This document shows, piece by piece, positions 16,190 through 24,524 of a stretch of 52,080 nucleotides of DNA. A program made the position numbers and the translations under genes. Under the pieces are notes generated by a model that worked only from the letters and a program-made list of their open reading frames with translations, was not told where the DNA came from and made no database searches. Within the stretch, counting starts at the first letter, position 1; each line of letters opens with the position of its first letter. The stretch is taken from contig CAZUZJ010000001.1 in assembly GCA_964624225.1 (NCBI GenBank), positions 1 to 52,080 on the forward strand, given 5' to 3'. This DNA is from an uncultured Desulfobulbia bacterium. Lineage in GTDB: Bacteria > Desulfobacterota > Desulfobulbia > Desulfobulbales > SURF-16.

Positions 16190-16567
16190 TTACTTCGCCT
16201 CCTTTTCCAGCAGCGGCTCGCTGCAATCCCACTCGTAAATCGGCTCTTCGCGTGCCGGGATAACCATTTCCGGGATGACTTTCTCCGGCACCTGCCGTAC
16301 CCCAACCTGCTTCCTCTTGCAGCAGTCTCTCCTTGAGGTTATAGCCCGAAATTCGATTTCGCCAAACTTGGTAACAAATGCGATGGAGCCCTCGAAATCC
16401 TTGTCGTACTCGTTTCGGAAGCTCCCGAGCGCGTTAATGATCCCTTCGACGCGCCCAGTACAAATGTCTACGAATATCACGTGATCGAACGGGAGACCGG
16501 CCTGTGGGTGCTGCTCATAGAAATCCGCGATCATCCGCAGGCTGTCAGCGTACTCTTTGTTTGTCAT
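16190..16567 (-). CDS. Hypothetical early protein (125 aa)
   Basis: GGAGGAAGG RBS. The stop abuts the exonuclease start. Confidence 0.65.
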   Translation of the reverse strand: MTNKEYADSLRMIADFYEQHPQAGLPFDHVIFVDICTGRVEGIINALGSFRNEYDKDFEGSIAFVTKFGEIEFRAITSRRDCCKRKQVGVRQVPEKVIPEMVIPAREEPIYEWDCSEPLLEKEAK

Positions 16568-16595
16568 CCTTCCTCCTTGAATTTCGTCACGGGCC

Positions 16596-17087
16596 TTACC
16601 GGATGGGCCGTCCCTTGACTACAACTCCGCGAGGGATGTCGCCGGTCAGGCTTCTCAGGTAGAGATCGCCCCCTGCGCTCAGCTTGGCATTATCGGGTAG
16701 GCTCGTCAGCCCGCTCAGGTCGAGAGCGCCCCCTGCGCTCAGCTTGGCATTGGCAGGTAGGCTCGTCAGCCCGCTCAGGTCGAGGTAGCCCCCTATAGCT
16801 ATATTGCCCTTCCACCTCGGAAAGCGTTTCTCAAGCCCCATACGCGCCCTGTGCTCGTCTTGGACAGGATTGAACCACGCAGGCAGCACATCTTGGTCAA
16901 CGGAGAACTCCCACTCGTCCATGTTCAGCCAGTTATCGCCGGTAGGAACGATCTCGACCTTGACGAAATCCGGCACCGGCTTGTCGTCAGGCAGTTTGCA
17001 GTGCTCGATGATGTCGGTGTGACTATCCGAATCCTTTAGCCATAAGACGGACGTTCTGGTTATCACGCTGGACGCGAATCGGCACAT
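16596..17087 (-). CDS. Hypothetical protein with C-terminal 20-aa leucine-rich tandem repeats
   Basis: ATG at 17087 follows the upstream TAA. The repeats read LDLSGLTSLP(A/D)NAKLSAGG. Confidence 0.65.
   Translation of the reverse strand: MCRFASSVITRTSVLWLKDSDSHTDIIEHCKLPDDKPVPDFVKVEIVPTGDNWLNMDEWEFSVDQDVLPAWFNPVQDEHRARMGLEKRFPRWKGNIAIGGYLDLSGLTSLPANAKLSAGGALDLSGLTSLPDNAKLSAGGDLYLRSLTGDIPRGVVVKGRPIR
16654..16795. repeat. 60-bp tandem repeat, about 2.4 copies
   Basis: ctcaggt(a/c)gag...gctcgtcagcccg units start at 16654, 16714 and 16774. Copies 1 and 2 are near-identical. Confidence 0.8.
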
Positions 17088-17088
17088 A

Positions 17089-18192
17089 TTACCTTGCCTC
17101 CCTGATCTTGTTGACCAACTCGCTAAACCTCGATTTATCAATAGCCGCAATCGTCCCGGAAAGGACTTCCATGCGCGTCTTGCCCGGCCCGGTTTTCATT
17201 TGGGCTCCTTCGTTCAGCAGGAACTCAAGGGCCGCCGCGGGGTCGTCCTGCCCGTTCTCATCGGGCTTTATCATCCCGCGCTTCCGAAACTCCCTGAAAA
17301 GAAGCCGCGTCTGGCCGACCGTGAGCGTGTTCTCCATTGGTGGATTTGGCTCGCTGCCCTGGGGGGCCGGGCCCTCTGCTGGCTTGGCTTCGGGCTTTCG
17401 CGGCGGTGCTGGCTGCGGCCCCTCTCTCGGCGGCGGCGGAGCCTTGGGCGCAGCGGGCTTTTGCTCCGGTTCTGTCGCGTCTTCGGGCTCTGTTCGCTTG
17501 ACCGGCCCGATCTCACCGGGCAAGGGGTCGGCGTCCTTCCTGCGCCAGCGGCGCACGTTGCCCTTGAACGTCTTGACCCACACCTCGACCGCGTGCTTCG
17601 CCATGAATTCCCGCTGGAACTTTCTGCGGTAGACGTTTGCCCCGATGGAAAGGGACTTGCAAATCCGGCTTAGCGCGTTGCTGGCCGTCATTTCTGCGGC
17701 GTCCGCCTTCGTGGTTTCCTTATTGTTGATGAAAAATCTGCCGTCACCGACCGCCTGGCCGACGTAGCATTCGTGGACCACGAGCATCCAGCGCTGAAAG
17801 ATCGGAACGTCTTTCTGGCCCGGCTCTACGTCGTGGTCGCGGGAAATTCCGGAGAGTGGAATCATTGACCAGGCCCCCTGCCCGAAAATCTCCGAGAGAC
17901 ACTCGCGCAGATAGTTTGCCTCGATGTAAATTATTCCTTCGGGCCGGATTTCGATATCGTCGTCTTCGACGATCATGTGCTCCCGTAGCTTCTGCTTTTC
18001 CTCCGGGGTCATTCTCTCCGGCAACTTTGTGGCGTTCGCATAGAACAGAGCCAAGGTTTCGGGCGGCACGATAACCTCGCCTACGTCCTTCGATAGAGTC
18101 TGCAATGCGTCCTGCTTGTCCGGCAGCGTGGCAAGTTCCTGCCGCAGGGGTTCATCATCCTGCGGGCTCGCGGGCACGATTTCTTCAGTCAT
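17089..18192 (-). CDS. Rad52/Sak-like single-strand annealing protein with a Pro-rich linker and a C-terminal domain
   Basis: YIEANYLRECLSEIFGQGAWS and ADAAEMTASNALSRICKSLSIGANVY fit the Rad52-fold SSAP pattern. The gene is adjacent to the YqaJ exonuclease. GGAGG RBS. Confidence 0.65.
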   Translation of the reverse strand: MTEEIVPASPQDDEPLRQELATLPDKQDALQTLSKDVGEVIVPPETLALFYANATKLPERMTPEEKQKLREHMIVEDDDIEIRPEGIIYIEANYLRECLSEIFGQGAWSMIPLSGISRDHDVEPGQKDVPIFQRWMLVVHECYVGQAVGDGRFFINNKETTKADAAEMTASNALSRICKSLSIGANVYRRKFQREFMAKHAVEVWVKTFKGNVRRWRRKDADPLPGEIGPVKRTEPEDATEPEQKPAAPKAPPPPREGPQPAPPRKPEAKPAEGPAPQGSEPNPPMENTLTVGQTRLLFREFRKRGMIKPDENGQDDPAAALEFLLNEGAQMKTGPGKTRMEVLSGTIAAIDKSRFSELVNKIREAR

Positions 18193-18303
18193 TTCCGGGC
18201 CTCCTTTTTCTTTCCGAGAGTGGCACGTTTCGTTTACTTTGTCAAGGCATTTGTTCGGGCGGCTCTATTCCTTTATGCCCATGCTCGCCGCGAGAATCGC
18301 GTT

Positions 18304-18678
18304 TCAATTGGGCTTAACCACGAGGCCCCGACTCTTTGCGTCTTCAAGCTCGGCGTCGGCGGCAAGACGAATCCAGTCCGCGCCGGTTGGCTTGCTGCAT
18401 TGCGGATTTGTGCAGGATTTGGCGTGCTCATCATTCAGACACAGCGGGCACGGGGCATCCTCAGTCATGAGGAGGAGCCCCCACCTGTCCAAGGCGTGCG
18501 CGTATATGTTGAAACACGCCGACATCAAGGGGTCGTAGTCCTCGTTGCTCGCAGAGCCCTCAAGCCGATTCGCAAGTCGGCTATATGCCTGCCCGCCATC
18601 GCCGGAAACGAACCGCATCAACCCCCGCTCTTCGATTGCTGCCTTCAGCTCCTTCCAGTGCGCTTGACACATTTTCAT
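18304..18678 (-). CDS. Hypothetical Cys-rich early protein
   Basis: 124-aa ORF with a GGAG RBS. Contains CPLC...C..PQC motifs. Confidence 0.6.
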   Translation of the reverse strand: MKMCQAHWKELKAAIEERGLMRFVSGDGGQAYSRLANRLEGSASNEDYDPLMSACFNIYAHALDRWGLLLMTEDAPCPLCLNDEHAKSCTNPQCSKPTGADWIRLAADAELEDAKSRGLVVKPN

Positions 18679-18732
18679 GGCTATAGCTCCTTTTGTGGTA
18701 TCCGGGCGGGCAGCAAGCTCGCCCGGTCCTGC

Positions 18733-19026
18733 CTACCGTTTGATTCCCATCCTTGCCGCGAAGATGGCATCCGCGCGGGCGACCATCTCCTGCGCGCATT
18801 CGTTGCAGTAGAAGCCCTTGTCCCCCTGCTCGCGGGCGCCGGCGAGTTCGTCTTGGGTTCCCAATATGAACACCCCCTCGATAAAAGAACCGTCCGCCTG
18901 GTTCTGGCACCCGTCGCGCTCGCACCAGACCGGCTCGCGGTGCGGGCCGAAAATGAGCTCAAGGGCGGAGTCGAACAGCTCGCCGATCCGTACCCATTCG
19001 TTTGGCCTTACGCTGCGTTTTCCCAT
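18733..19026 (-). CDS. Hypothetical zinc-binding early protein
   Basis: 97 aa, with WCERDGC...YCNEC Cys pairs. Confidence 0.6.
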   Translation of the reverse strand: MGKRSVRPNEWVRIGELFDSALELIFGPHREPVWCERDGCQNQADGSFIEGVFILGTQDELAGAREQGDKGFYCNECAQEMVARADAIFAARMGIKR

Positions 19027-19039
19027 CGCTCTGCCCCCT

Positions 19040-19219
19040 TCACAGGTAATCCCTGATTGCTTCGGCTTGCCGCAGGATCGCAGCCCATTGTTCGGGCGTC
19101 GGCGCGTACCGCCCGCTGACCTCGATCAGCGACAGCAGGGCTTCCAGTTCGTGCGCCGGAACTTCCTTCAACTCGAACCATTTGCTGCGGTCGTCATGCC
19201 GATGTTGCTTTTCAGTCAT
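19040..19219 (-). CDS. Hypothetical 59-aa protein
   Basis: Internal ATG (MTEKQHRH...) with an ATGA overlap to the stop of 19216-19413. Confidence 0.5.
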   Translation of the reverse strand: MTEKQHRHDDRSKWFELKEVPAHELEALLSLIEVSGRYAPTPEQWAAILRQAEAIRDYL

Positions 19220-19413
19220 TCGTGGGCCTCGTATCTTTCCCGCATCCGCCGGACGTAACAGTCCAAGTGGCAGGCGCTTCTTACTACGGTGATCTCGTAG
19301 CCCCGCATCCAAGTCGTCACCTTGCACGCAGGGACGGCGACTCGCTGCTCGGCGTCTGTGATCGGTCGACCGCAGAACGTGCAGGTCATTTTGTTTGCCG
19401 GGTTCCTGGCCAT
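19216..19413 (-). CDS. Hypothetical small Cys-containing protein
   Basis: 65 aa. Contains CTFCG...C...CH. Confidence 0.55.
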   Translation of the reverse strand: MARNPANKMTCTFCGRPITDAEQRVAVPACKVTTWMRGYEITVVRSACHLDCYVRRMRERYEAHE

Positions 19414-19427
19414 CTAATCCCCTAAGG

Positions 19428-19757
19428 TTACTTGACATCCACGAGAATGTGCTGGATTGCCCAGTGGTATGGGTTAAGCAGTGCGCTCGCGGCGAGGCAG
19501 GATAATACAACAGCAAGCGCAAGTGCTATCGCCGCCGTGACAACAGATGCACCAACGCTGCCGTCGTAATCCTCGATCTTCAGCAGATGCCTTGCCAAGA
19601 GGGCTAGCGCAATCGAGGCCGCAAATGCCACCGCCGCCGCAAACGCGAAAAGATAGCCGTCGATCCGGGCTTGCCTAATATAGGCGTCCAGGGTTTTGGC
19701 CTGTGCGTTGGCCCCCCATTCGCTCATTTTTTTCAGCACTTCGAGTTTCCAATCCAT
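19428..19757 (-). CDS. Membrane protein (about 3 TM)
   Basis: ATG at 19757 lies 7 nt after AAGGAGA. The hydrophobic segments are FAFAAAVAFAASIALALLA and VVTAAIALALAVVLSCLAASAL. Confidence 0.65.
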   Translation of the reverse strand: MDWKLEVLKKMSEWGANAQAKTLDAYIRQARIDGYLFAFAAAVAFAASIALALLARHLLKIEDYDGSVGASVVTAAIALALAVVLSCLAASALLNPYHWAIQHILVDVK

Positions 19758-19796
19758 TCTGCCTGTCTCCTTTTCCGGTTGTGGCTCGTCCGCAGA

Positions 19797-19833
19797 GGCC
19801 CGCGCCCGGATTCGAACCGGGTTGACCGTGGGC
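19797..19833 (-). other. tRNA-like acceptor/T-arm minihelix (not a complete tRNA)
   Basis: The minus strand reads GCCCACG-GTCAA-CCCGG-TTCGAAT-CCGGG-CGCGGGC-C. The T-arm is a perfect consensus (GGTTCGAATCC) and the acceptor-like stem is 7 bp with one A/C mismatch. No D arm or anticodon arm could be folded. Confidence 0.35.
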
Positions 19834-19862
19834 ACCCCCGCTCGCCTTACGGTCATTCCGGC

Positions 19863-20171
19863 CTACTCCAGACGGTCTCCTACGTCGATATAAAAGGTGT
19901 TGGCTGCTTTAGGCATAATTACCGCGCGTCCATTGGAGCAATAGATTTCAACCAGGCCGTCCCTGACTCGTGCGTACATATGGCCGCCGCGTGCCACGCG
20001 GAACTTGACCTCAGAGCCTGGCGGAAGCCCTCGGGGTTCCTCGGCTCCGCTCGACAAGTAAGTATCTGTCTCCCCCTTTTCGCACGCTGCTGACAATGCC
20101 TTTTCCTTCCAGTAAGCTACGTCCGATTTCAGGGTGGCTATTTCTCTTTCAACTTTCTTTGCTATCGCCAT
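19863..20171 (-). CDS. Hypothetical early protein (102 aa)
   Basis: ORF with a GGAG RBS and a coiled-coil N-terminus. Confidence 0.65.
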   Translation of the reverse strand: MAIAKKVEREIATLKSDVAYWKEKALSAACEKGETDTYLSSGAEEPRGLPPGSEVKFRVARGGHMYARVRDGLVEIYCSNGRAVIMPKAANTFYIDVGDRLE

Positions 20172-20332
20172 GTTATCTCCTTCTTGACCTTCTCAATTCT
20201 CCCGCACCGCTGGCACCGGCGAACCGTCAGCGCTGGCCGGTCGTACTCGATATGCCACCAGTGCTTGCACTCCGGCAGGGCTATAATCTCACCCCGCGTG
20301 CCGTCCTGCTTGTCGGGCATGATGATGACCAT
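20162..20332 (-). CDS. Small zinc-ribbon protein (56 aa)
   Basis: Internal ATG immediately after the upstream stop. Contains PECKHWWH...CQRCG. Confidence 0.5.
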   Translation of the reverse strand: MVIIMPDKQDGTRGEIIALPECKHWWHIEYDRPALTVRRCQRCGRIEKVKKEITWR

Positions 20333-20333
20333 T

Positions 20334-20735
20334 TCAACCCTCCCTCTTAGAGAAAATTGTCTTCCCGTCCCAGGGGCAATTGGGGCACTCAACCTTGTGC
20401 AGCGCCTCAATCTCCGCCTCATGGTGGGCGAGAGACCGCATGTGAGCGTTCCACGCCTTGACGGAGGCCCGCAGTTCGGGTTCAGCGCGGGCAGCTACGT
20501 TGTTTGGCCCCATGGCCTTTAGGAGCGCCTCCCGCGTCTCATCGACGATCCTCGCGGCCTCTAGAACCTCCGGAGGCAACGGGCCGCGTACTGGCTTGAT
20601 CAGCCCAATCCAAAGCCTCGCCTCTGGCTCGGGCTCATGGTTCCTAATGCCCGCCTTCACGCTTTCGGCGGAGTACGGGAGAAGCCAGATCAACACGTTG
20701 GGGTGTATATGCCAGTAGAATTTGCTCATGCTCAT
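20334..20735 (-). CDS. Hypothetical early protein
   Basis: ATGA overlap with the stop of 20732-20944. The C-terminal motif is CPNCPWDG. Confidence 0.65.
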   Translation of the reverse strand: MSMSKFYWHIHPNVLIWLLPYSAESVKAGIRNHEPEPEARLWIGLIKPVRGPLPPEVLEAARIVDETREALLKAMGPNNVAARAEPELRASVKAWNAHMRSLAHHEAEIEALHKVECPNCPWDGKTIFSKREG

Positions 20736-20944
20736 AACCAATTCTGGGCCAAGTACTTGATGGCCGCCCTCGCCAGCCGCCCAATTTCCTCGGATTCTTC
20801 AGAATGCGGCTCGATATCGCCGAACGCCAGCATGTTCAGCTTTGTCGCCAATTTCCGAAGATTGCTGGCGGCGCGGAATGTCGCGTCCTGCTCTGCTTTC
20901 CGGACCGCCTCGTTGTCATCGCATAGATTGCACATCCCGATCAC
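20732..20944 (-). CDS. Hypothetical early protein (70 aa)
   Basis: The ORF overlaps the upstream stop by 4 nt. Confidence 0.6.
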   Translation of the reverse strand: MIGMCNLCDDNEAVRKAEQDATFRAASNLRKLATKLNMLAFGDIEPHSEESEEIGRLARAAIKYLAQNWL

Positions 20945-21405
20945 CCCCTTTCCCGCTCGTAGTTTGGAAGGCTCAGTTTGAAGTCAGGGTCGGATGCCGG
21001 CGCGCGACGCACCTTGGCCATGACATCACCGAGCAATTCAAGATCGGCAGTAGAGCGTAGCCCTGCTCGTGCATGGGTGAGAACCTCGACTGCCGTAAAG
21101 ATCGCCTCCTCCGGGTCCAAGTACGCTCGGAGCGGAATCCTGTCGATCTCCCAGCCCGCGGCTTCTAGACACATAAAGGCCCGCCTAACGTGATCGTAGT
21201 AGTGCGAGCGCGTAAGGTGGCCGTGCTCGAATGTCCCGGAGGAGGGGGGTGCCTTCATTCCATAGTCAAACCCGACCGCCCAGCGAAGCACTGCCGTGTA
21301 GGCCAGCTTCTCGCCCTCGTTTCCGTCGTCCGGCCCCCGCATCGCCACCATAACGGCGCAGAATACGTCCCGCTCAATCAGAAAATCGACTACGCGCTTG
21401 TTCAT
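20941..21405 (-). CDS. Hypothetical protein, paralog A of a tandem pair
   Basis: ATG at 21405 follows AAGGAGG. It shares RGPD..NEG..LAYTAVL.W..GF.Y..KA.PS..TFE...YY..V.RAF..L...GW.IDRIPL.AYLDP with 21444-21941. Confidence 0.7.
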   Translation of the reverse strand: MNKRVVDFLIERDVFCAVMVAMRGPDDGNEGEKLAYTAVLRWAVGFDYGMKAPPSSGTFEHGHLTRSHYYDHVRRAFMCLEAAGWEIDRIPLRAYLDPEEAIFTAVEVLTHARAGLRSTADLELLGDVMAKVRRAPASDPDFKLSLPNYERERG

Positions 21406-21443
21406 TGAACCTCCTTGTTCGTCGCTTGGCTGAGGGGCTTCCG

Positions 21444-21941
21444 TCACAACCACATCGCGTCCACGTCCTCTCGGTTCGGGAGATGTATCTCGAAATCCGG
21501 ATCGGTCGCAGGTGCGTAATCAACTTTGCGTATGGCGCGCCGCAGGAGCCTGAGCACCGGGTCATCGACATCTACATGCCCCTGTTCCTGGAGATATGCC
21601 ACAGCGCAGCAGAGAATTTCCTTGGCGGTTTCTTTCGCCTTCGCTGGGTCCAAATATGCGCACAAGGGAATCCGGTCGATGTCCCATCCTCGGTCTCTCA
21701 GATCGGCGAAAGCCCGCTTGACCCTCGAATAGTAAAGCGAATCGGGCAGAGCGGCATACTCGAAGGTTCGGGCCGACGGCGTTGCCTTGATCGCGTATCG
21801 GAACCCCAGAGTCCAGCAGAGCACTGCTGTGTATGCCAGGTTATCGCCCTCGTTGTAGATGTCGGGCCCCCGCGTGGCGCTCATCACCTGCTCGAATATG
21901 TCCTCCCTCAGCAAGAAGTCTGCTACCGCGCTCCTGCACAT
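21444..21941 (-). CDS. Hypothetical protein, paralog B of a tandem pair
   Basis: ATG at 21941 follows the upstream stop. See paralog A for the shared blocks. Confidence 0.7.
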   Translation of the reverse strand: MCRSAVADFLLREDIFEQVMSATRGPDIYNEGDNLAYTAVLCWTLGFRYAIKATPSARTFEYAALPDSLYYSRVKRAFADLRDRGWDIDRIPLCAYLDPAKAKETAKEILCCAVAYLQEQGHVDVDDPVLRLLRRAIRKVDYAPATDPDFEIHLPNREDVDAMWL

Positions 21942-21943
21942 TC

Positions 21944-22279
21944 TTAGCTCCCTCCTTGGATCATATCGTCCCTCAAAATCATCGCAATCTTGCCCATCGC
22001 CCGCTCTAATTGGTTGGCCCGCATCGCAAGCTCCGCGTAGGCTTGGCTCCAATCGGCAGAGTCGGGCACTTCGTAGGATCGTTCGCGCCCGGAGGCAAAC
22101 TGCGCGATATCCGCCATTGTCGTGCCCAGCGTGTTATTGATCTCCGCCAGGCGCATACGGACCCTGAATGAAGCCTCATGGTCAACCGCTTCGAGCAGGT
22201 TCATGTAAGTGTAGAGCCTCGCGGCCTTTCTCATTAGCTGCTCGCGCGGGCTTTCCTGAACTCCCGTTTCGTCTGCCAT
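21944..22279 (-). CDS. Hypothetical helical early protein
   Basis: 111-aa ORF with a GAGGA RBS. Confidence 0.65.
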   Translation of the reverse strand: MADETGVQESPREQLMRKAARLYTYMNLLEAVDHEASFRVRMRLAEINNTLGTTMADIAQFASGRERSYEVPDSADWSQAYAELAMRANQLERAMGKIAMILRDDMIQGGS

Positions 22280-22406
22280 CCTAATCCTCGATTCTCCGCG
22301 TTCGGTCGCGGTTGCTAGTCCCTCGTTTCGAGATGTGGGCGGCTTTCGTACCGCCCGCCGGTGGTCAGCCGGACGCTCCGGTTGCCCGGAGTAGGCGCGC
22401 CGGAGA

Positions 22407-23201
22407 CTAGGCTTTCAGCAGCCCGGAACCTGCCTTCAGTATCTGGTCCGCCGCATGGAATATTTTCTGTGCTGATTTTTCCGGTATTTCAGAATGCCCG
22501 ATCCACGCCTGGATATATCCTCTCGATTCGTCGGCCCCTGGCAAACCCAGCGATTCGCCAACGATCATCGCCACGGCCTCGGCCTCGGCCTCCTGCAATG
22601 TCCTGGGCGTCGCGTCTCCGTCCAACTGCTGGCCTTTCTCGCAGTGCCCCAGCAGGATATGGGCCATTTCGTGAAATAAGGTTTTGTAGGGATGCTGGGC
22701 CAGAGGATTAATCGCCAGCTTGCGGCCCGGCTCGGCGTATCCCTGGCAGTTGCCGTTGGTCAACTCGAACGGCGCGCGCGTGATATTCAGCGCCTGCAAA
22801 GCGGCCTGTTCGTTCCACGTCGGCAGGGGCTCTGGCTGGTACTCCTGGCCTTCGGTTTGCGCCAGCACAAACCAGTTATTCCGATACACAAAGCGGGTGT
22901 ACGTGTACTCGGTCTCCGTTTCCCGGCCTTGCTCGTCCTTCTCGGTTTTGCGAATCTTCTTTGTGATCGGCATGCAAAGGGCTATGGCTTTTTGGCCCTT
23001 CATAACGTGTCGCCCGAGTTCCTTCCAGCGGTTAAAGCTCGCAATCGGCCCTATTGGAATCTGTCTCATCTCGCATTCAACCATGGCTAGCAGTTGATTC
23101 GCGGTCGAATACCGCCAGAAAGTCGAGTACGCCTTGCTGATCTTGCCTGGCTCATTCGTTGCTGACTTAAGCAACTCATTCCACTTAACTTCGCTTTCCA
23201 T
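22407..23201 (-). CDS. ArdC-like protein: ssDNA-binding N-domain plus HExxH zincin domain (anti-restriction type)
   Basis: FNRWKELGRHVMKGQKAIAL is an ArdC N-domain signature. HEMAHILLGH is the metalloprotease motif. GGAGAA RBS. Confidence 0.7.
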   Translation of the reverse strand: MESEVKWNELLKSATNEPGKISKAYSTFWRYSTANQLLAMVECEMRQIPIGPIASFNRWKELGRHVMKGQKAIALCMPITKKIRKTEKDEQGRETETEYTYTRFVYRNNWFVLAQTEGQEYQPEPLPTWNEQAALQALNITRAPFELTNGNCQGYAEPGRKLAINPLAQHPYKTLFHEMAHILLGHCEKGQQLDGDATPRTLQEAEAEAVAMIVGESLGLPGADESRGYIQAWIGHSEIPEKSAQKIFHAADQILKAGSGLLKA

Positions 23202-23288
23202 TTCGTTTTCTCCTGCCCGGTGACTTCCGGGCTAGTGTAGGTCACTACCCTATTCCGCGTGCGGATGCGCGGCCCCCAAATTCTGCTG

Positions 23289-23453
23289 TCAGTTATCGCT
23301 GCCGAAGCCCGCAACCACTAAGGCGACGGCTTCCTGAATGCCTAGTCCAGCGTGGAACATCCGGGCGTAGTTGATGCCCCGCTCATTCAATCGCATTTTG
23401 TAGGTGTTCCAGAGCCGGCTCTCAACTGCTTGCAGCCAGGTTTGGTAGCTCAT
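23289..23453 (-). CDS. Hypothetical 54-aa protein
   Basis: ATG at 23453 forms an ATGA overlap with the stop of 23450-23659. Confidence 0.5.
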   Translation of the reverse strand: MSYQTWLQAVESRLWNTYKMRLNERGINYARMFHAGLGIQEAVALVVAGFGSDN

Positions 23454-23659
23454 ATCGTCCTCCGCTTCTTGCCAGCCCATAATTCCTTACGAATCTGGTT
23501 CTCAGCGTTAATGAGTATCTCGATTGCCTGAAGACGCGCCGTAACAGCTTTGGGTATGTCGTCAAGCAGTCGGGGCGCGCGCCAAACATATTGGATTGCG
23601 TGGCTGAGCTTTGCTAATATCTCGTTCGCCTCATTTTCCGTCATCGTTGCCGTCTCCAT
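23450..23659 (-). CDS. First gene of the leftward early operon (69 aa, helical)
   Basis: GAGGATGAGAG precedes the ATG. A promoter lies directly upstream. Confidence 0.6.
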   Translation of the reverse strand: METATMTENEANEILAKLSHAIQYVWRAPRLLDDIPKAVTARLQAIEILINAENQIRKELWAGKKRRTI

Positions 23660-23678
23660 CTCTCATCCTCACGGCTAG

Positions 23679-23707
23679 ATCATAGTTAATATCGTTGCGT
23701 TTGTCAA
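23679..23707 (-). promoter_or_regulatory. Sigma70-like early leftward promoter
   Basis: The minus strand reads TTGACA-17 nt-TATGAT, 19 nt upstream of the ATG at 23659. Confidence 0.55.
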
Positions 23708-23853
23708 GGAAAATCTGCACGCGAACCGAATTTTTTTAGCTCCAGCATCTTTCCCTCCGTAAGCCGATATATCGAGCGGTTTCATTGCCAAAGTCAAGAA
23801 AATTTTTATCCTTTATTTTCAGTGGTTTGTAAATCGGCGGTTTTGGCCCGGAG

Positions 23854-23963
23854 TGTAGAAATTACATGGCCGGTACGTAAAAATTACCTTCTTGGCAGCA
23901 AGTTGTTGATAATGCACCTGTTGGTCGGCTGGTAAAAAATACGCGGAAGATGTAAAAATTGCA
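23854..23963. promoter_or_regulatory. Cluster of three TGTAA-N3-TTACA-type palindromes
   Basis: tgtagaaattaca at 23854-23866, cgtaaaaattacc at 23876-23888 (22 bp apart), and tgtaaaaattgca at 23951-23963. Confidence 0.5.
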
Positions 23964-24524
23964 TAGCTGCGAGTTCGCCTGGATGGACAGGGTGGAAGTG
24001 GCCAGGGATGAGCCCGTGGAATCCGGAGATTCGGGCGGACTGTGTTAAGGGGGCTGGCGCGGGGGGGAAGTTGGGGTTGCGGGTAGTTGTGGCCTTCAAG
24101 TTGAGTTCCATCTGGGCGAGCCGCTGTGAGCCAGGAAGGGATCCGGGGAAGCCATGGTCACGGGAAAGATGGCGGGCGGCCGGTGTTTGTATCATCTTAA
24201 GTGATTCTTGCTTCGCGGCAGCGTTGGTTAGTTGTTGTCAGGCGGAGTTTGGGCGGTTAAGTAGAGAAAGGGCGCGCCAGCGCCAGGAAGCGGGTTGAAC
24301 TAGTGCCTCTTAGTTCATGGGTTGAGCTGCCTCTATGCGAGCCAAGGCCGTCCGGAAGGGTGCGGGAAACGTGGCGCCGGGGGCAGTATGTGCAATCGGT
24401 TAAGCTCTATCCGTGGCAACTGCCGGAAGCACGGAAGAGGCGCGGGGAAACCATCATGCATGAGAGGATGGCGCGCCAGCGCCCGTCCCGCGTCGCGCCG
24501 GCCAATCGGGCTGGTGAGCGCGCG

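Noticed and set aside
19770-19865. A complete tRNA gene around the GGTTCGAATCC motif.
   Set aside because: Only a T-arm and an acceptor-like stem could be formed. No 5' acceptor strand lies at tRNA distance, and there is no D arm or anticodon arm. It is reported as tRNA-like only.
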